The notes under the pieces: model-generated
Told to the model about the DNA's origin: nothing
What the model saw: the letters and a program-made list of their open reading frames with translations, nothing else
The model's database searches: none
Shown here: piece after piece, positions 1-14,750 of the stretch
Layout of the letters: every line of letters starts with the position of its first letter
Position numbering within the stretch: the first letter of the stretch is position 1
Translations under genes and position numbers: made by a program
NCBI GenBank assembly: GCA_013239625.1
Contig: MU054129.1
Span: 313,238 to 377,237 of the forward strand
DNA from: Lama guanicoe
Lineage: Eukaryota
DNA: 64,000 bases
Direction of reading: 5' to 3'

Positions 1-3000
1 AATGCTCTAGTTTTTAACTAAGTGTTATATTCCAATTCAGCCTTTGTGATTTGCCACAAATTTTCTGGTTTTAAGAGATTTCAACTTGACATGGTTTTAA
101 AAGCTGGGTATATAAGGAACATCACTGATCCTTCATTAAATACTGAAAAATTACCACCAGGATAGAGAGAAGGAGTATGAGGGGAGAAAGCAAAACTTGT
201 GATTTAACACACAGACTTGTTCAACAATTCCCAGCCCCTGTTCTGCCCAGTTGCTGTGAAGCATCTTCAGGTGTATCATCTTATTCAATTCAAACAGAAG
301 CTCTCTGAGGTTGTTATTATCTCCTCACAGTACATCATCAATGTGTTCAGGCCCTTCATACCACCTCCTTTCTCAAACACTCTCTTCCCATTCATCCCAT
401 TTCCACCGCTCATCCTCTCAGTCTGACAAAGGTCAGCTGGGACTTCAAGGCCCGTTGCAAATGTCCTTTTCATCATAAAACATTCTTACACCTTCTGCTT
501 CCCAATGTGAATCATTCTCTATCACTGACCTCAGTGAACATGGTTTATAGTTTCAAATCTATATTCCAGAGCTTGTCACTTTGATTATAGTCTATTGCAT
601 ATGTACCTGCTCCTCCACAAAGTCTATGAACTATTGGAAAGAATACTAAAACTCTATTCCTATTTTATTAGCCAGTATGGAAGGAAAAGTGTCCAAGGAC
701 GCTTCTTTGTAATTCAGTTCTTCTCAGTTCAACCAGTATTTATAAAGTACCTACTGTTGCCCGAGAAACTGAGAAAATCCCCAATAATTCAACGATGGAT
801 TAATATTAAGAATTTAAGATAAGAGTGACAGGTACATATGCAGGATATTTCATGCAACAGAAATACAGTGTTTTCCTGAGCTAGAAGTGTTATGTAGCCC
901 AACAAAAAATACTACGGTAGATTCTGGATTGAAATAGAGGGATCTTTATCAAGACTAAGTACCAGGAGGCATAGGAAGGAAAAAGGGGTCACTCTTGGTA
1001 GAATATGGGCCTGAGTCTGAACAATCTTCTGAACCCAGAAAGTATGTGCCTGTGTGTGTGTGTATGTCTACTGGAAGAGCCTTGTACTAAGCTTCACAAA
1101 GATTTTACAGCTAAATACAAACATCCCCCAATGATAAACTACTGCCTGGTCAATGAAACCACGATAGCCCTAGGCCACTGCAATGCTGTTATACGCTGGA
1201 GAATGAACATAGTAGGTAACCAGGTTTTCCAGGTCTTAGGAACGATGACCCTCTGAGGTTGATTCAGTCCAGCCTGCTCTGGTGACCAGACCATTTCTGC
1301 ATTGTCTCTCAAGGCAAACCTGTTGTGTAATTATTCCTTGCTCCATTTTGCAGTTTTATGTCCCTCATCTAAATAAGTACCCCGAAGCTTGGGCTGTAGA
1401 AAATCTGATGATAGCAAAAGTCAGCATAAGAATCATTTAATTAGAACTGGGAAAATTTCAAACCAACTGGCAGTGAACTGAGAAAAATTTACAGAATGTT
1501 ATTAGTAATTCAGCCAGATCTGTAAATTTTAAATGCTACCAAACATTTGTCCAATGTTGTTCTTAAAATCCTTAGTCAAATGAGAACATTTCTAAAAGCC
1601 TTTAAAAATACATGTTCTGTTATGGACCAGTAATATTCATGAGTGGCCCCAGTCTTTCTTCCTCTGACATCCAGACTAGGCTCAAATTTGCCTCCTTTAT
1701 CCTTCCCCCTACCCCCGCTCCCACCCAGACATTTTCTATCATTGCTAACTATATCTTTTATTTTCCTTTTAAACAGAGAGGCACAAAACATTGAGAAAGT
1801 AGGGAAAGGGAAATAAAATTATAGGAGTAGTAAAAAAAAAAGAGAGAGAGAGAAAGAGAGAGCAATAGAAAGATAAGATGCACATGGCCTAGAGCTGGTT
1901 AGCACTATTGGGGGGGGGTCATGAAGAAAGAGGCACCAGTAAAAAAAGATATAAATGCAAAAACAATGTGATTTTTAAATGAGGACTGCATATCCCCTTC
2001 ACTATGTTTGAGAAACATGTGCAAAGAATTATATTGTTTTCAAACTTGTTTTAATCAATGGACTATTTTTTTTTTTCAACCAAAGTACTTTGAGCCTGAA
2101 CTATATGGGCCCTGATTTCAATAGAACTGAAAGTCGCCTGCTGGTCCATGTGGAATACATGGCCTCACTCAGTCCACAGGCTGACTGTAATGTAGAGCTG
2201 AAGGACTCCCAATGAGGTCTCTAAAAAGAGAATGGGACAACTGGTAATAGTTTTGTTTACTGGGAGACTGAATTAATTGTTGACCCTTAAGAAATGATAC
2301 CATTTATTCTACCAGAAAGTCTTATATATTAGTAGAATCCTGGTAATACAAAACTGAAAACTAACTCAAAATATGGCATTGCTGAAAACATAATCAGTAG
2401 TCAAGATATTTAGGACTGATTTAACAAATTGTATTATGCAGTCCTAGAAGAGGTGGATAGGAAGAGCGCTAAATAGGTATATGATGTTCTATCTACTTTC
2501 AGGGCCACCATATTCCACCAAAACTTAAACATCCAAATATGCTATACAATTTTAATATATACTAATGCTTATGTTCTTTGATGGGGTCTAAGGTCTACTA
2601 ATTTTTAAACAATACTTTAATTCATGTTCAGTTTGACCTCCAGACATATATGCCATGCATGCTAAACTTTTTTACTTCATAATCAGAGATGTTTTGTCTA
2701 CCTTCATATCCCCAGTGGATATTTCCATGCATGACATTGTAAATATTTGGGAAGATATTTGGTTTATAAGTGAATGAATAAGTAAATAAACACTCCCTCA
2801 CTATATTTTTCTAAAGAAGTGAACGGTAGTAACTGAGTGGGCTCATAAGTGGCCCTTGTTCAGATTATAGCCTTTTGTACACAGACAGCCTGAAGAGCTG
2901 TGTGCGGCAGTGAAAAAAATACTTGCTTATTCTGTGGTGGTATAAGATTTTGGAAGGTATCTTGTACAATATTGGCTCAGATGCTATGCATCTGATGCTT

Positions 3001-4399
3001 GAAATTATGTCTGTGATGCAACAAATTTAATTCTCTAAATTACCTTTGGTAACTAACATGGAGATCCTAGGCAATGAGCTATCAAGGGTCTGAACACCCC
3101 CACCCATCTGGCTGGAGGGGGCCACACTTGTGCTGAACTTCTCATAGGACCAATCACTTGCTCTGGCTGAAGCTTCAGTATTCTCCAGGCCTAGAGGTCT
3201 CCGAATTTGGCTTTACTATACAGTTCTTGCAAAAAGCTGGCATCTAAACACAGACTGCTGGTGTCCAAGTAGTCAGGTTTTTTCTTCACTGGCAAAGTTG
3301 CCTTCACATCTGTTCCATGAGAACAGAGCTACATAGAGACAAAGTTTCTCCACTTCCTGAGACAACCCACAGCATGACCAACAGAATACTCTTGTTCTAG
3401 AATTTATCTCCCCAGCTAAACAGGGCTACAAGAAGTGATTTGCTTTTTCTTTTTGTTAATGCTGGCTTTATAAAAGTTCCCACTGAAGCCTGTTCTCCAG
3501 AATGCATCTTGTGTCATGGTGAACGGTGTCTCACTGTGTCAAGCACTGCTGTAAGGTAGATGGTGATTTCAAAAACCCTTCTTGCATGACAAAGTCATCC
3601 CTTAGACATAAGGGCTCCCCATTGTCCCTTCCCCTGGACAGGGCTGGTCAGGGGAGGGGACAGGTAGAGAGCTACCTTTTAAAATAAAACTCTTGGGGAA
3701 AAGTTGCTCCTTTACCATGAGTTGAGTCTTTTAAATCATTATTTTCCTCCAGGAGCAGGCAATTCAGTCCACATGAGGACATTCAGAAAGCGATATCTGA
3801 TCACCATTCTCTAATTGGGTCTTTACAATAATACTCGACAATAAGTAGCCCCAGCCCAGAGGAGTTAAATGCTTTGATCAATGCCACTATGTTAGGATTT
3901 GAATTTGAGTCTATCTGACTCTAACTTTGACTTTTCCACTTCTTTGTAATGGGCAGCACTTAAGACTATACAGTCAGTCAGTATACAAATAATGATCAAT
4001 GATTTCTGAAATGGCAAGGGTATTTTCCCCATGGGAACAAGATTTGTCATTTATTGTTTTTGGAATAGGTAATGGCACATATGGTAGGTGCCCGTTAATA
4101 TATGTAAAGTTATTGAATACATATGTAAAATTATGCATGAACTCGCAGGTGTATACTACTTTAACTCTAGTGAAAAGTTCAGTGATTAAAAGATATTTTT
4201 GTTTTGTTTTTCAGATATTGGTCACAGAGGTAATTTGGTACAGCAGACAGAGTGTATCCTCTGAATTAGAAAGATGGCTTCAAATCCTTTCACAAACCTT
4301 TGCCAGGTGAGCAGGTTTTTAACTATTCTTATGCTAATTTTCCTAATAATGTGACTGCCTTTAAGGGGTTTGCATTACTTATGCTGGGCTGCACCAGTG

Positions 4400-4560
4400 T
4401 GCATCCAACTTCAATGTGTAGAGACATTCATCTGTGGGGTCTTGTTAAAATGCAGGTGCTGATTCAGGAGGTCTTGGGTGGAGCCTGAGAGTCTCCATTT
4501 CTAACACACGTTCAGTTGACACTGATGCTGCCAAGTTTGGGACTACGTTCTCTAGCAAGG
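4400..4560. mobile_element. MER5A-like hAT-Charlie DNA transposon relic
   Basis: Motifs 'cttgttaaaatgcag', 'ctgattcaggaggtcttgggtggagcctgaga' and 'catttctaaca...actgatgctgc' resemble the MER5A consensus; boundaries approximate. Confidence 0.55.
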
Positions 4561-4889
4561 AGTAGGGAGGGGCTCATCCTCAGCAACACTGACATCGTGG
4601 CCCAGCTAAGTCTTTGTCACGGAGCCCTGTGCCTGCACTGCAGGACGGTTAGTAGCACTCCTGGCACAGTTCCTGGAACATAATGGAAACCAGAGGAATA
4701 TTTGTTCATTTATTTTCCCATATTCTGCTTTGACTTGGGGGAGGTCAATAAGTTCAGACTGATGGTCACCTCTAGGATGGTAGCATCCTCTAGAACACGA
4801 GTCAGCAAACAACCACTCAGGCCAAATCTAGACACCACATATTTTGTAAAAAAAAAAGTACTGGATCTCATTCACAGCCATTAGTTTAC

Positions 4890-5005
4890 CAATTTTCTAT
4901 GGCTTCTTTGGCACTAGAATAGCAGAGTTGAATACTTTCAGCAGAATCTGTGCAGTCCACAAAGTCTAAAGTATTTATTACCTGGCCCTTAACAGAAAAA
5001 CATAT
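4890..5005 (+). mobile_element. MER58-like DNA transposon 3' end (host site of the PITX2 retrocopy)
   Basis: 'gcagagttgaat...ccacaaagtctaaagtatttattacctggcccttaacagaaaaa' resembles the MER58A terminus. Confidence 0.5.
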
Positions 5006-5019
5006 CAAGTCCTTTTCTT

Positions 5020-6460
<1,441 letters not shown>

Positions 6461-7087
6461 TTAACTCTTCTAAGCTGTAGAACCAAAGTTTCACAGCAAA
6501 ATTCATAGATGTAAGTCAATAGGTGCTAAATCAAGAATACTCCCTTTGGGTTGGTCTCAGAGAGTAGCCAGGTCCTTTCCATTCTTCAATGAGCCATTGG
6601 CTTCCTCAACTCAGGAGCATTATGCAACTTTTTCAGTAACGGTGGAGACTAGAACAAACCAAACCCCAGGTACCAGAGAGCATTGGCTAGGTTCCTTTAA
6701 AAATTTAACTTTCCCAGCACAGATGGTTTACATGCCTAATTACAATTGAAAACAGTCACAAGAGGAAAATACATCTGTTTCCAATGGCTTCCAACTTCAC
6801 TTAACCTAGTATGTTTGTGCTAGTGACTGGTAATTTGCATTTGTGCAAGGTCTTAGAGTGTTTTTAAAAACAAATTCAGATTTTGAGAGAATGATTTATG
6901 ATATAAAGTTTTGTAGAAATTGTACGGGTAAGCTGCACTCGGTTGCCACTTATAGGAGAAAAATGTGATGTGCAGCTTAAGGTGCAGTTTTATTCTAGTG
7001 TAACTGATTATCACAGGTGAGTTTATTGTAACTGCTCCACGCACCCTCATGAGGACTGTAAAGCAATAACATGATTAGAATCGGCTA

Positions 7088-7302
7088 TGTCAGGGTTTTT
7101 CAGTCTCAGCACTACGTGGACATGACAGTTCTTTGTTGTGGAGCCTGTACCATGCGGTGTACAGGGTTTGGCAGCATCCCTGGCCTTTGCCCATTACATG
7201 TCAGTTTTAACTCTCTCCCCAGCTGTGGCAATTAAAACTATCTCTAGACACTGTCAGATATCACATGTGTGTCAAAATCTCTCCTGGTTGAGAATCACTA
7301 GG
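7088..7302. mobile_element. MER20-like DNA transposon
   Basis: 'ttctttgttgtgg...tttggcagcatccctggcct...ccagctgtggcaattaaaactatctctagacactgtcaga...gttgagaatcact' follows the MER20 consensus. Confidence 0.7.
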
Positions 7303-7689
7303 CTATATTATGCTACAAGAAGATGAGTGGCTTACTACCCCAAATGTTCATATCTTGCTCATATAAATTCTACTGGGCAGCTTTCCAGGGCAGTTGTACA
7401 CTGTGTCCTGGTTCACTATTCTGACCTACTTTGATTTTATGGTACTTCCAATCAATACATGCTTCCTAGATCATCACGGAAAGTAATGAGAGTGTAGAAT
7501 TGAATTGCAAGTTCTTAAATATTTATGCCCAGAAGTGACATTTCCAGCTCTGTTCACATTTCATTGAGCAGAGAAATTACATGGCCATGCCTACCTTGTC
7601 TAGCATGAGTATTATCTGTTAAACACCATTTTCTTCAGTGAGCATTTGTTACTACTGAGAACTACTGTATTGCCAAGAGTAGAGAGGCA

Positions 7690-7870
7690 GGATAATATTA
7701 TGGTTGAGAGTGTGGGTCCTAGAGCCAAAGATCTTGGGGCTGAACTCCAGGTTTATATCTGTGAGTTTAAAGACACTGTGTCTAATACTGTGCCTGAGTT
7801 TCTTCATCTAAAAAACAAGGATAATAGAAGTACCTAACTCACAGGGAGCTACAAGAGTGAAATATGTTTG
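7690..7870 (+). mobile_element. MIR SINE relic
   Basis: 'tggttgagagtgtgggtcctagagcca...ctgtgcctgagttttcttcatctaaaaaacaaggataatagaagtacctaactcacaggg' resembles the MIR core. Similar MIR relics at ~41390-41600, ~42930-43140, ~45950-46150, ~54590-54800 and ~60210-60400. Confidence 0.6.
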
Positions 7871-9024
7871 CATTTCTAAAATTCCTAGATATAATAAGCA
7901 CCTTTTAAATGTGATTAAGTAAAAAGAAATAATTTACAGGGAGAATAATTGTATACATTTTTATAGAAATATTGAGAGGGTGAAAAAAGCAAAAAAAAGG
8001 GGAGATGTGTATTCAGAGGAATTTGACCCTTTTTTTCCATTTGCAAGTGAATTTTATTTTTATTTATTTTTTTCCTTGATGAACATCAATATAAAAATTT
8101 TCTTTTTTATTGAAGTACATTAATTACAATGCATCAGTTTCTGGTGTACAGCACAATGTCCCAGTCATGCATAAACATACATATATTTGTTTTCTTTTTT
8201 TAATTAAAGGTTATTACAAGATACTGAACATAGTTGCCTGTGCTATTCAGAAGAAACTTTTTTAAAATATATTTTTATATATAATTGCTAACTTTTGTAA
8301 ATCTTAAACTCCTGAATTTATCCTTCCCCATTCCCATTCCCCAGTAGCCATAAGATTGTTTATTATGCCTGCAAGTCTGTTTCTGTTTTGTAGAAGAGTT
8401 CATCAGTGCCCTCTTTCTTCTTCTTCTTTTTTTTTTTTAAGTTTCCACATATGAGTGATATCATATGGTATTTTTCTTTCTCATTCTGTCTTACTTCACT
8501 TACAATGATGATCTCTAGGTACATCCATGTTGCTGCAAATGGCATTATTTTATTCTTTTTTATGGCTGAGTAGCATTTCATTATATAAATATACCACAAA
8601 TTCTTTATCCAGTCATCTGTCAGTGGACATTTAGATTGTTTCCATGTCTTGGCTATTGTAAATAGTGCTGCTGTGAACATTGCATGTATCTTTTCACATT
8701 AGAGTTACTTCCAGATACATACCAAGAAGTGGGATTTCTGGATCACATGGTGAGTCCATTTTTAGTTTTTTGAGGACTCTCCATACTGTTCTTCATAATG
8801 GCTGCACCAAAATACATTCCCACCAACAGTGTAGTGACTGATGTGAGGTGATATCTTATTGTAGCTTTGATTTGCATTTCTCTGATAATTAGTGATATTG
8901 AGCAGTTTTTTCATATGCCTATTGGCCATTTGTATGTCTTCATTGGAGAATTTCTTGTTTAGGTCTTCTGCCCATTTTTCGATTGGGTTGTTTGGGTTTT
9001 TGGTTATTAAGTTGTATGAGCTGT

Positions 9025-9863
9025 CAGCTCACAACAGTCAGAATGGCCATCATTCAAAATTCCACAAATGATAAATGCTGGAGAGAGTGTGGAGAAAAGG
9101 GAGCCCTCCTACACTGTCAGTAGGAATGCAGTTTGGTGCAGCTATTGTGGAAAACAGTATGGAGATACCTCAAAAGACTAAAAATAGACTTCCCATATGA
9201 CCCAGCAATCCCAGTCCTGGGCATATATCCAGAAGGAACCCTAATTCAAAAAGACACCTGGACCTCAATGTTCATAGCAGCAGTATTTACAATAGCCAAT
9301 ACATGGAAAAGACCTAAATGTCCATTGACAGATGACTGGATAAAGAAGATGTAGTATATTTATACAATGGAATACTATCCAGCCATAAAAATGGCAATAT
9401 AATGCCATTTGGAGCAACATGGTTGTCCCTGGAGAATGTTATTCTAAGTGTAGTTAGCCAGAAAGAGAAAGGAAAATATTATATGATATCACTTATATGT
9501 GAAATCTAAAAAAAAAAAAAAAAAGAAAAAAAAAAGGAAAAAAGAAGAAATTTAATATAAAACAAAAACAGACTCACAGACATAGAATACAAACTTGTGG
9601 TTGCCAGGGGGTTAGGGGGTGGGAAGGGACAGACGGAGTTTGAGATTTCTAGAAACTGACAGATATATATAGACTAGTTTAAAAAGTTCACACTGTATAG
9701 CACAGGGAAATATATTCAAGATCTTGTAGTAGCTCATGGTGAAAAAGAATATGAAAATGAATATATGTATATTCTTGTATGACTGAAAAATTGTGTTGTA
9801 CAACAGAAATTGACACATTGTAAACTAACCATAACTCAACAAAAAATATAAATAAATAAAAAA
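9025..9863 (+). mobile_element. 5'-truncated younger L1 inserted antisense into the older L1
   Basis: ORF2 C-terminus ([29 protein letters not shown]), 3'UTR and A-rich tail, flanked by a perfect direct repeat taagttgtatgagctgt at 9008-9024 and 9864-9880; host L1 sequence resumes after it. Confidence 0.92.
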
Positions 9864-10092
9864 TAAGTTGTATGAGCTGTTTATATATTCTGGAAATTAA
9901 GTCTTTGTCAGTTGCATCATTTGCAAATATTTTCTCCCATTTCATTTGTTGTCTTTTTGTTTTGCTTATGTTTTCCTTTGCTGTGGAAAAGCTTATGAGT
10001 TTAACTAGGTCCCATTTGTTTATTTTTCCTCTTATTTCCATTGCCTGGATAGACTGTCCTAGGAGAGCATTTTTTTTATTAGCTCTAATAGT

Positions 10093-10128
10093 TTGTGTGT
10101 GTGTGTGTGTGTGTGCGTGTGTGTGTGT
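10093..10128. repeat. (GT)n microsatellite
   Basis: Direct reading. Other (GT)/(CA) tracts at ~21480-21492, 30532-30556 and 58459-58481. Confidence 0.95.
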
Positions 10129-10265
10129 GGAGTTTTTAGTGTTTTCTGTAGATAGTATGTTGTCTGCATATAGTGACAATTTTACCTCTTCTTTTCCAAT
10201 TTGGATCTCTTTTATTTCTTTTTTCCTTGCCTAATTACTGTGGTTAGGACTTTTAAGACTATGTT

Positions 10266-10402
10266 TCCTTTATTTATTTGGGGAAGTGGAGGCAATTAGG
10301 TATATTTACTTATTATTTTTAGAGGAGGTACCCAGAATTGAACCCAGGACCTTGTGCATGTTAAGCATGTGCTCTACCACTGAGCTATATACCCTCCTCC
10401 CC
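10266..10402 (-). mobile_element. tRNA-derived SINE, camelid Vic-1-like
   Basis: Minus strand reads ggggaggagggtatatagctcagtggtagagcacatgcttaacatgcacaaggtcctgggttcaattc (Pol III A and B boxes) plus an A-rich 3' part; perfect 11-bp TSD aagactatgtt at 10255-10265 and 10403-10413. Confidence 0.9.
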
Positions 10403-13400
10403 AAGACTATGTTGAGTAGAAGTGGTGAGGGTGGGCATCTTTGTTTTGTCCCAGATTTTAGTGGGAAGATTTTCAGTTTTTCACTGTTGAGTACTATGCT
10501 GGCTGTAGGCTTGTCATGAATAGCTTTAATGATGTTGAGATATGTTCCCTCTATACCCACTTTGGTAAGAGTTTTTATCATAAACAGGTATTGAATTTTA
10601 TCAAATGCTTTTTCTGCATCTTTTGAGATGATCATGTGGTTTTGGTTCTTTCTTTTTTGAACATGGTGTATCACATTAATTTGCATACATCAAACCATCC
10701 TTGTGTCCCTGGGATAAATCCAACTTGATCATGGTGTATGATATTTTTTATGTGCTGTTGGATTATGTTTGCTAATATTTTGTTAAGGATTTTAAGGATT
10801 TGTGCATCTATGTTCATCAGTGATATTGGCCTGTAATTTTCTTTTTTGATTATATCTTTGGTTTTGGTATCAGGGTGATGGTAGCTTCATAGAATGAGTT
10901 TGAGAGTACTCCTTCTTTTTCAATCTTTTGAAAGTTTAAGAAGAACTGGTATGAGTTCTTCTTTGTATGTTTGGTAGAATTCCTCTGTGAAGCCATCTGG
11001 TCCTGGACTTTTGTTTGCAGGGAGGTTTTTTATTACTAACTCTATTTCATTTCTAGTGACCAGTGTGTTCAAATGGTCTGTTTCTTCTTGATTCAGTCTT
11101 GGTGGACTGTGTTTCCAAAAACTTGTCCATTCTTTCTAGTCATCCATTTTGTTTCCATATAGTTGTTCATAGTGTTCTCTTATGATATTTTCTATTTTTG
11201 TGGTATTGGTTGTAATTTCTCCATTTTTCTTTCTTATTTTGTTTATTTGTGTTCTCTCTTTTCTTCTTGGTAAGCCTGGCCAGAGAAGTTTGTCAATTTT
11301 ACTCTTTCAAAAAAACCAGCTCTTGGTTTGATTGATTTTTTCCATTTAAAAAACCTCTATTTTATTTATTATCTCCCTAATCTTTATTATTTCTTTCCTT
11401 CTGCTGACTTTTGACTTTGCTCTTCTTCTCCTAATTATTTTATAAGGTAGGTTAAGTTGTTTATTTCAGATTGTTCTTTTTTGAAGAAGGCTTATATCGC
11501 TATGAACTTCCCTCTTAGGACTGCTTTTGCTGCATCCCCTAGATTTTGTGTAGTTGTGCTTCGATTGTTATTTGTCTCAAAGTATTTTTTAATTTCTTCT
11601 TTGATTTCATCATTGACTTTTTTTCTTTTTTGGTAGCATGTTGTTTAATCTCCATGTTATCATTTTTTTCTCTTTTGTTTTTCTGTGGTGGATTTCTAGT
11701 TTCATGGCATTGTGGTCAGAAGAGAAGCTTAAAATAATTTCTGTCTTTTTGAATTTGTTGAGGTTTCTTTTGTGCCTGAATACATGATCTATTCTAGACA
11801 ATGTTCCATGTGCACTTGAAAAGAATGTATATTCTATTTTTGTGGGTGTAATGTTCTGAAAATATCAACCAAGCTCAATTGTTCTATTGTGTCATTTAGT
11901 TTCTCCATTGCCTTATTTATTTTCTGTCTGGAAGACCTGTCCAATGATGTTAATGAGGTGTTAAATTCTCCTACTATGATTGTGTTCCCATCACTTTCTC
12001 CCTTTATATCTGTTAGTATTAGCTTTGTGTGTGTCAGTTCTCCTATAATGGGTTTGTATATGTTAACGGGTGTAATATCCTCATCTTGTATTTCTCCTTT
12101 GATCATTATAGAGTGTCCTTCCTTATCTTTCTTTATGGCCCTTTTTTAAAAGTCTATTTTGTCTCAAATCAGTATTGCTATTCCTGCTTTCTTGTCATTT
12201 CCATTTGCAAGAAATACGTTTTTGCATCTTCTCACTTTCAATCTATGTGCATCCTTCTCCCTAAAATTGGTCTCTTGATGCAACATATTATAGGTTCTTG
12301 TTTTATTATCCAGTCTGACTCTCTGTGTCTTTTGATTGGAGCATTCAGTTCATTGACATTTACAGTAATTATTGATAGATGTGTGTTTATTGCCATTTTG
12401 AACTTAATTTTCCTGTTTGTTTGGTATTTCCTCTTTGTTCCTTTCTTTTTTCTTTTTCTTTTTCTTTTTAGGCTTTGATAATTTTCTTTTATATTATCTT
12501 GGCTTCTTTTTGTTTTTTGTGACTATATTATATGCTTTTGACTTGTGGTTACCCTGTTTTTCAAGTATATTGACCCACTGCTATATCTGTTGCTTTAAAC
12601 TGTTAGTCATATAAGCTCAAATACATCCTAAAAACAAAAAAAAATTTTTTAAATCTATATTTTCTTGCTCCTCTCTCTCACCTTTTATGATTTTGATGTT
12701 CTTACCCTGTTGTGCAAACTCCACTTCCTCACTCCAGAGGACAAGGGTCAGGCCCCAGGTCAGTGCCACTCCCAGTGCCATGTGCAGGCACAGTAGACAG
12801 ACAGCAGAAAATAGCCACACCAGCCCTCACCCTCACTATGTGCCAGAACTCTGCTCCTTGCTCATTTGTCTTGGAGGCATGGATCCACAAAGATACCCAT
12901 GGAGCAGAACATTCCCCTCAGCTTGGGGCTGTAAACACATATCAGTCCTGCCTATGAGGTTGCAGAACCCTTGGGTACAGATTCAGGTTTCATCCCCACC
13001 TCCACCTGGGAGCTTCACACCAGAAAATATGGTAGCTCTGGCTGAGCCCCACCTCTCTTCTCCCAAGAATTCATCAGCAATGGTGTCACGGGTCTGCAGA
13101 GACAAAGGCTACAGTGCCCCGCCTCCACAGCATGCACCAGCAGTTTTTTGTTTGTTTTATGGGGGACTCAGGTTGTTCTGTTTTGTATACCCTCCCAGCC
13201 ACTGTGCATGGCACACTCCAGTCCCCTGAGGTTGCCTCCGTGCAAATGGCCCCAGTCCTCCACCCGGCTTGGGCAGCCTGTCCAGTCCCCAAGCTGGTTC
13301 ACATCTAGGGCTGGGGGTTTCAGGGACCCTTTGTGCCCATTTCACTTAGTTCTTTCTGTCAAGGGCTGTTCTGCACAGATCCAAGCCTCAGAGGCTCCCT

Positions 13401-14599
13401 CTCCTTCCTTACTGACCTTTCCGATGGGGAGGGAGACTCAGTGAATGAGTGCTATTCCTCTTTTGCCACTCCCTCCCTGTGGGACCAGTCTTGAACTAAT
13501 TTCCTTTTTCTTCTTCTTTCCCCCCCATCAGATTTGTGATAAGTTTTGTCTTTTGAAGAAGGCAGTGTTCTGTCAAAGTTCAGCAAGTGTTCGGTCCATG
13601 TGGATGTCTCTCTTGGTGTGTTCATGAGAAAGGGTGAGCTAAGACCAGTCCTTCTACTCTGCCATCCTGGCTGCTCCCCTTCTCAACTGTTATATATGAC
13701 AACTCCACAAATAAAACTGGCCAAAAGGGCATGTTTTCCAACATGACTTGCAGATGCTTACCAAAGTCAATAAAATAAATCAATAAATGCTGCAAATTGT
13801 TTGAAAGTATATTAAAGCTTAACCTAGACAAATGAGGTAGCAATGTATTTGCTATTTGTTCATCAAAGCCCTGTTACAACTGTTAAATATTGATTTTAAA
13901 TGAAAATATGTCTTTTTTTACTGTTATTAGGACTTTACTCGAATCTTCCCCTTAAAAAGTATTCAATGCCTTTTACAATATCCACCTATTTAAAATATCA
14001 TTTCAGTACTAAGTACCTAATAGTCAGTCTATCATGGTGTTTGTTCAGCATTTCCCTTTATGCTAACTCATTAATGTTCTACTTAGAGAGCACCACCCCT
14101 CACTCCTGAGCACTATGGGCTGAGGTCTCAGGGCCAGCACCCCTCATACAAAATAACTGAGTCACAACACATTTTTCTGTTCTGGCTGTTGTATTTCCTT
14201 CAGAAGGCATTTAAGAAATTGTTACCATTATAACTTCAAGAAAATAAGTGTTCTTCCATGTGTACTGTATTTGTGACTTGGTTTCCTAAATTTCCCAGAT
14301 TCACTCACTTTACAACTTCTAGAGCATTCAACACACTCAGACATTGGCTTCCATCTTATTTATAATTTGGCTTTTGTGTTATTCCTTCAACAGAATTCTG
14401 ATCTAGTCTTTCTGTGTTCCTTTTCTTTCTTCCTTTATCATAGTTCCTTTTTTTCTTCTTTGATTATTATCATCACATAAAGCTTCAGATGAACAAATTT
14501 CTTGTTATCACCCAATTTTTGAATATCTTTTTAACATTGTTCCTGATTGAGATTAGAAGAGAAGATTCAAAAAAAGTAAATAATTTATCTCATTAGATC

Positions 14600-14750
14600 A
14601 TGTTTTTCAAAGTATCATAACCATGTGATGAGATTGTTAAGAATGTATGTTTCTAAGATTCATCTCAGACTTGGTGAATCAAAATCTCCAGGGGTGAATC
14701 TCTGGAAATCTGCATTATTAAGAAACTCTCCAGCAGATTTCTACATGCAT
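14600..14750. mobile_element. MER5-like DNA transposon relic
   Basis: 'gaatcaaaatctccagggg...ggaaatctgcattattaagaaactctccagcagatttct' resembles MER5A/B. Confidence 0.45.

Larger units (their letters stand above)
8096..13680 (-). mobile_element. Decayed L1: 3'UTR, ORF2 with internal deletions, inter-ORF and GC-richer 5'UTR; ORF1 missing; interrupted by a younger L1 and a SINE
   Basis: ORF2 C-terminus ([19 protein letters not shown], 8363-8680), RT region ([16 protein letters not shown], 10306-10686) and endonuclease (NTIIVGEFNTSLTSLDRSSRQKINK, 11834-12106). The 5' end reads ggggagcagccaggatggcagag on minus at ~13655-13680 (YY1-like gATGGC). Confidence 0.88.

Noticed and set aside
10330..10402. 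tRNA-like sequence
   Set aside because: It is the head of a TSD-flanked SINE, not a tRNA gene.
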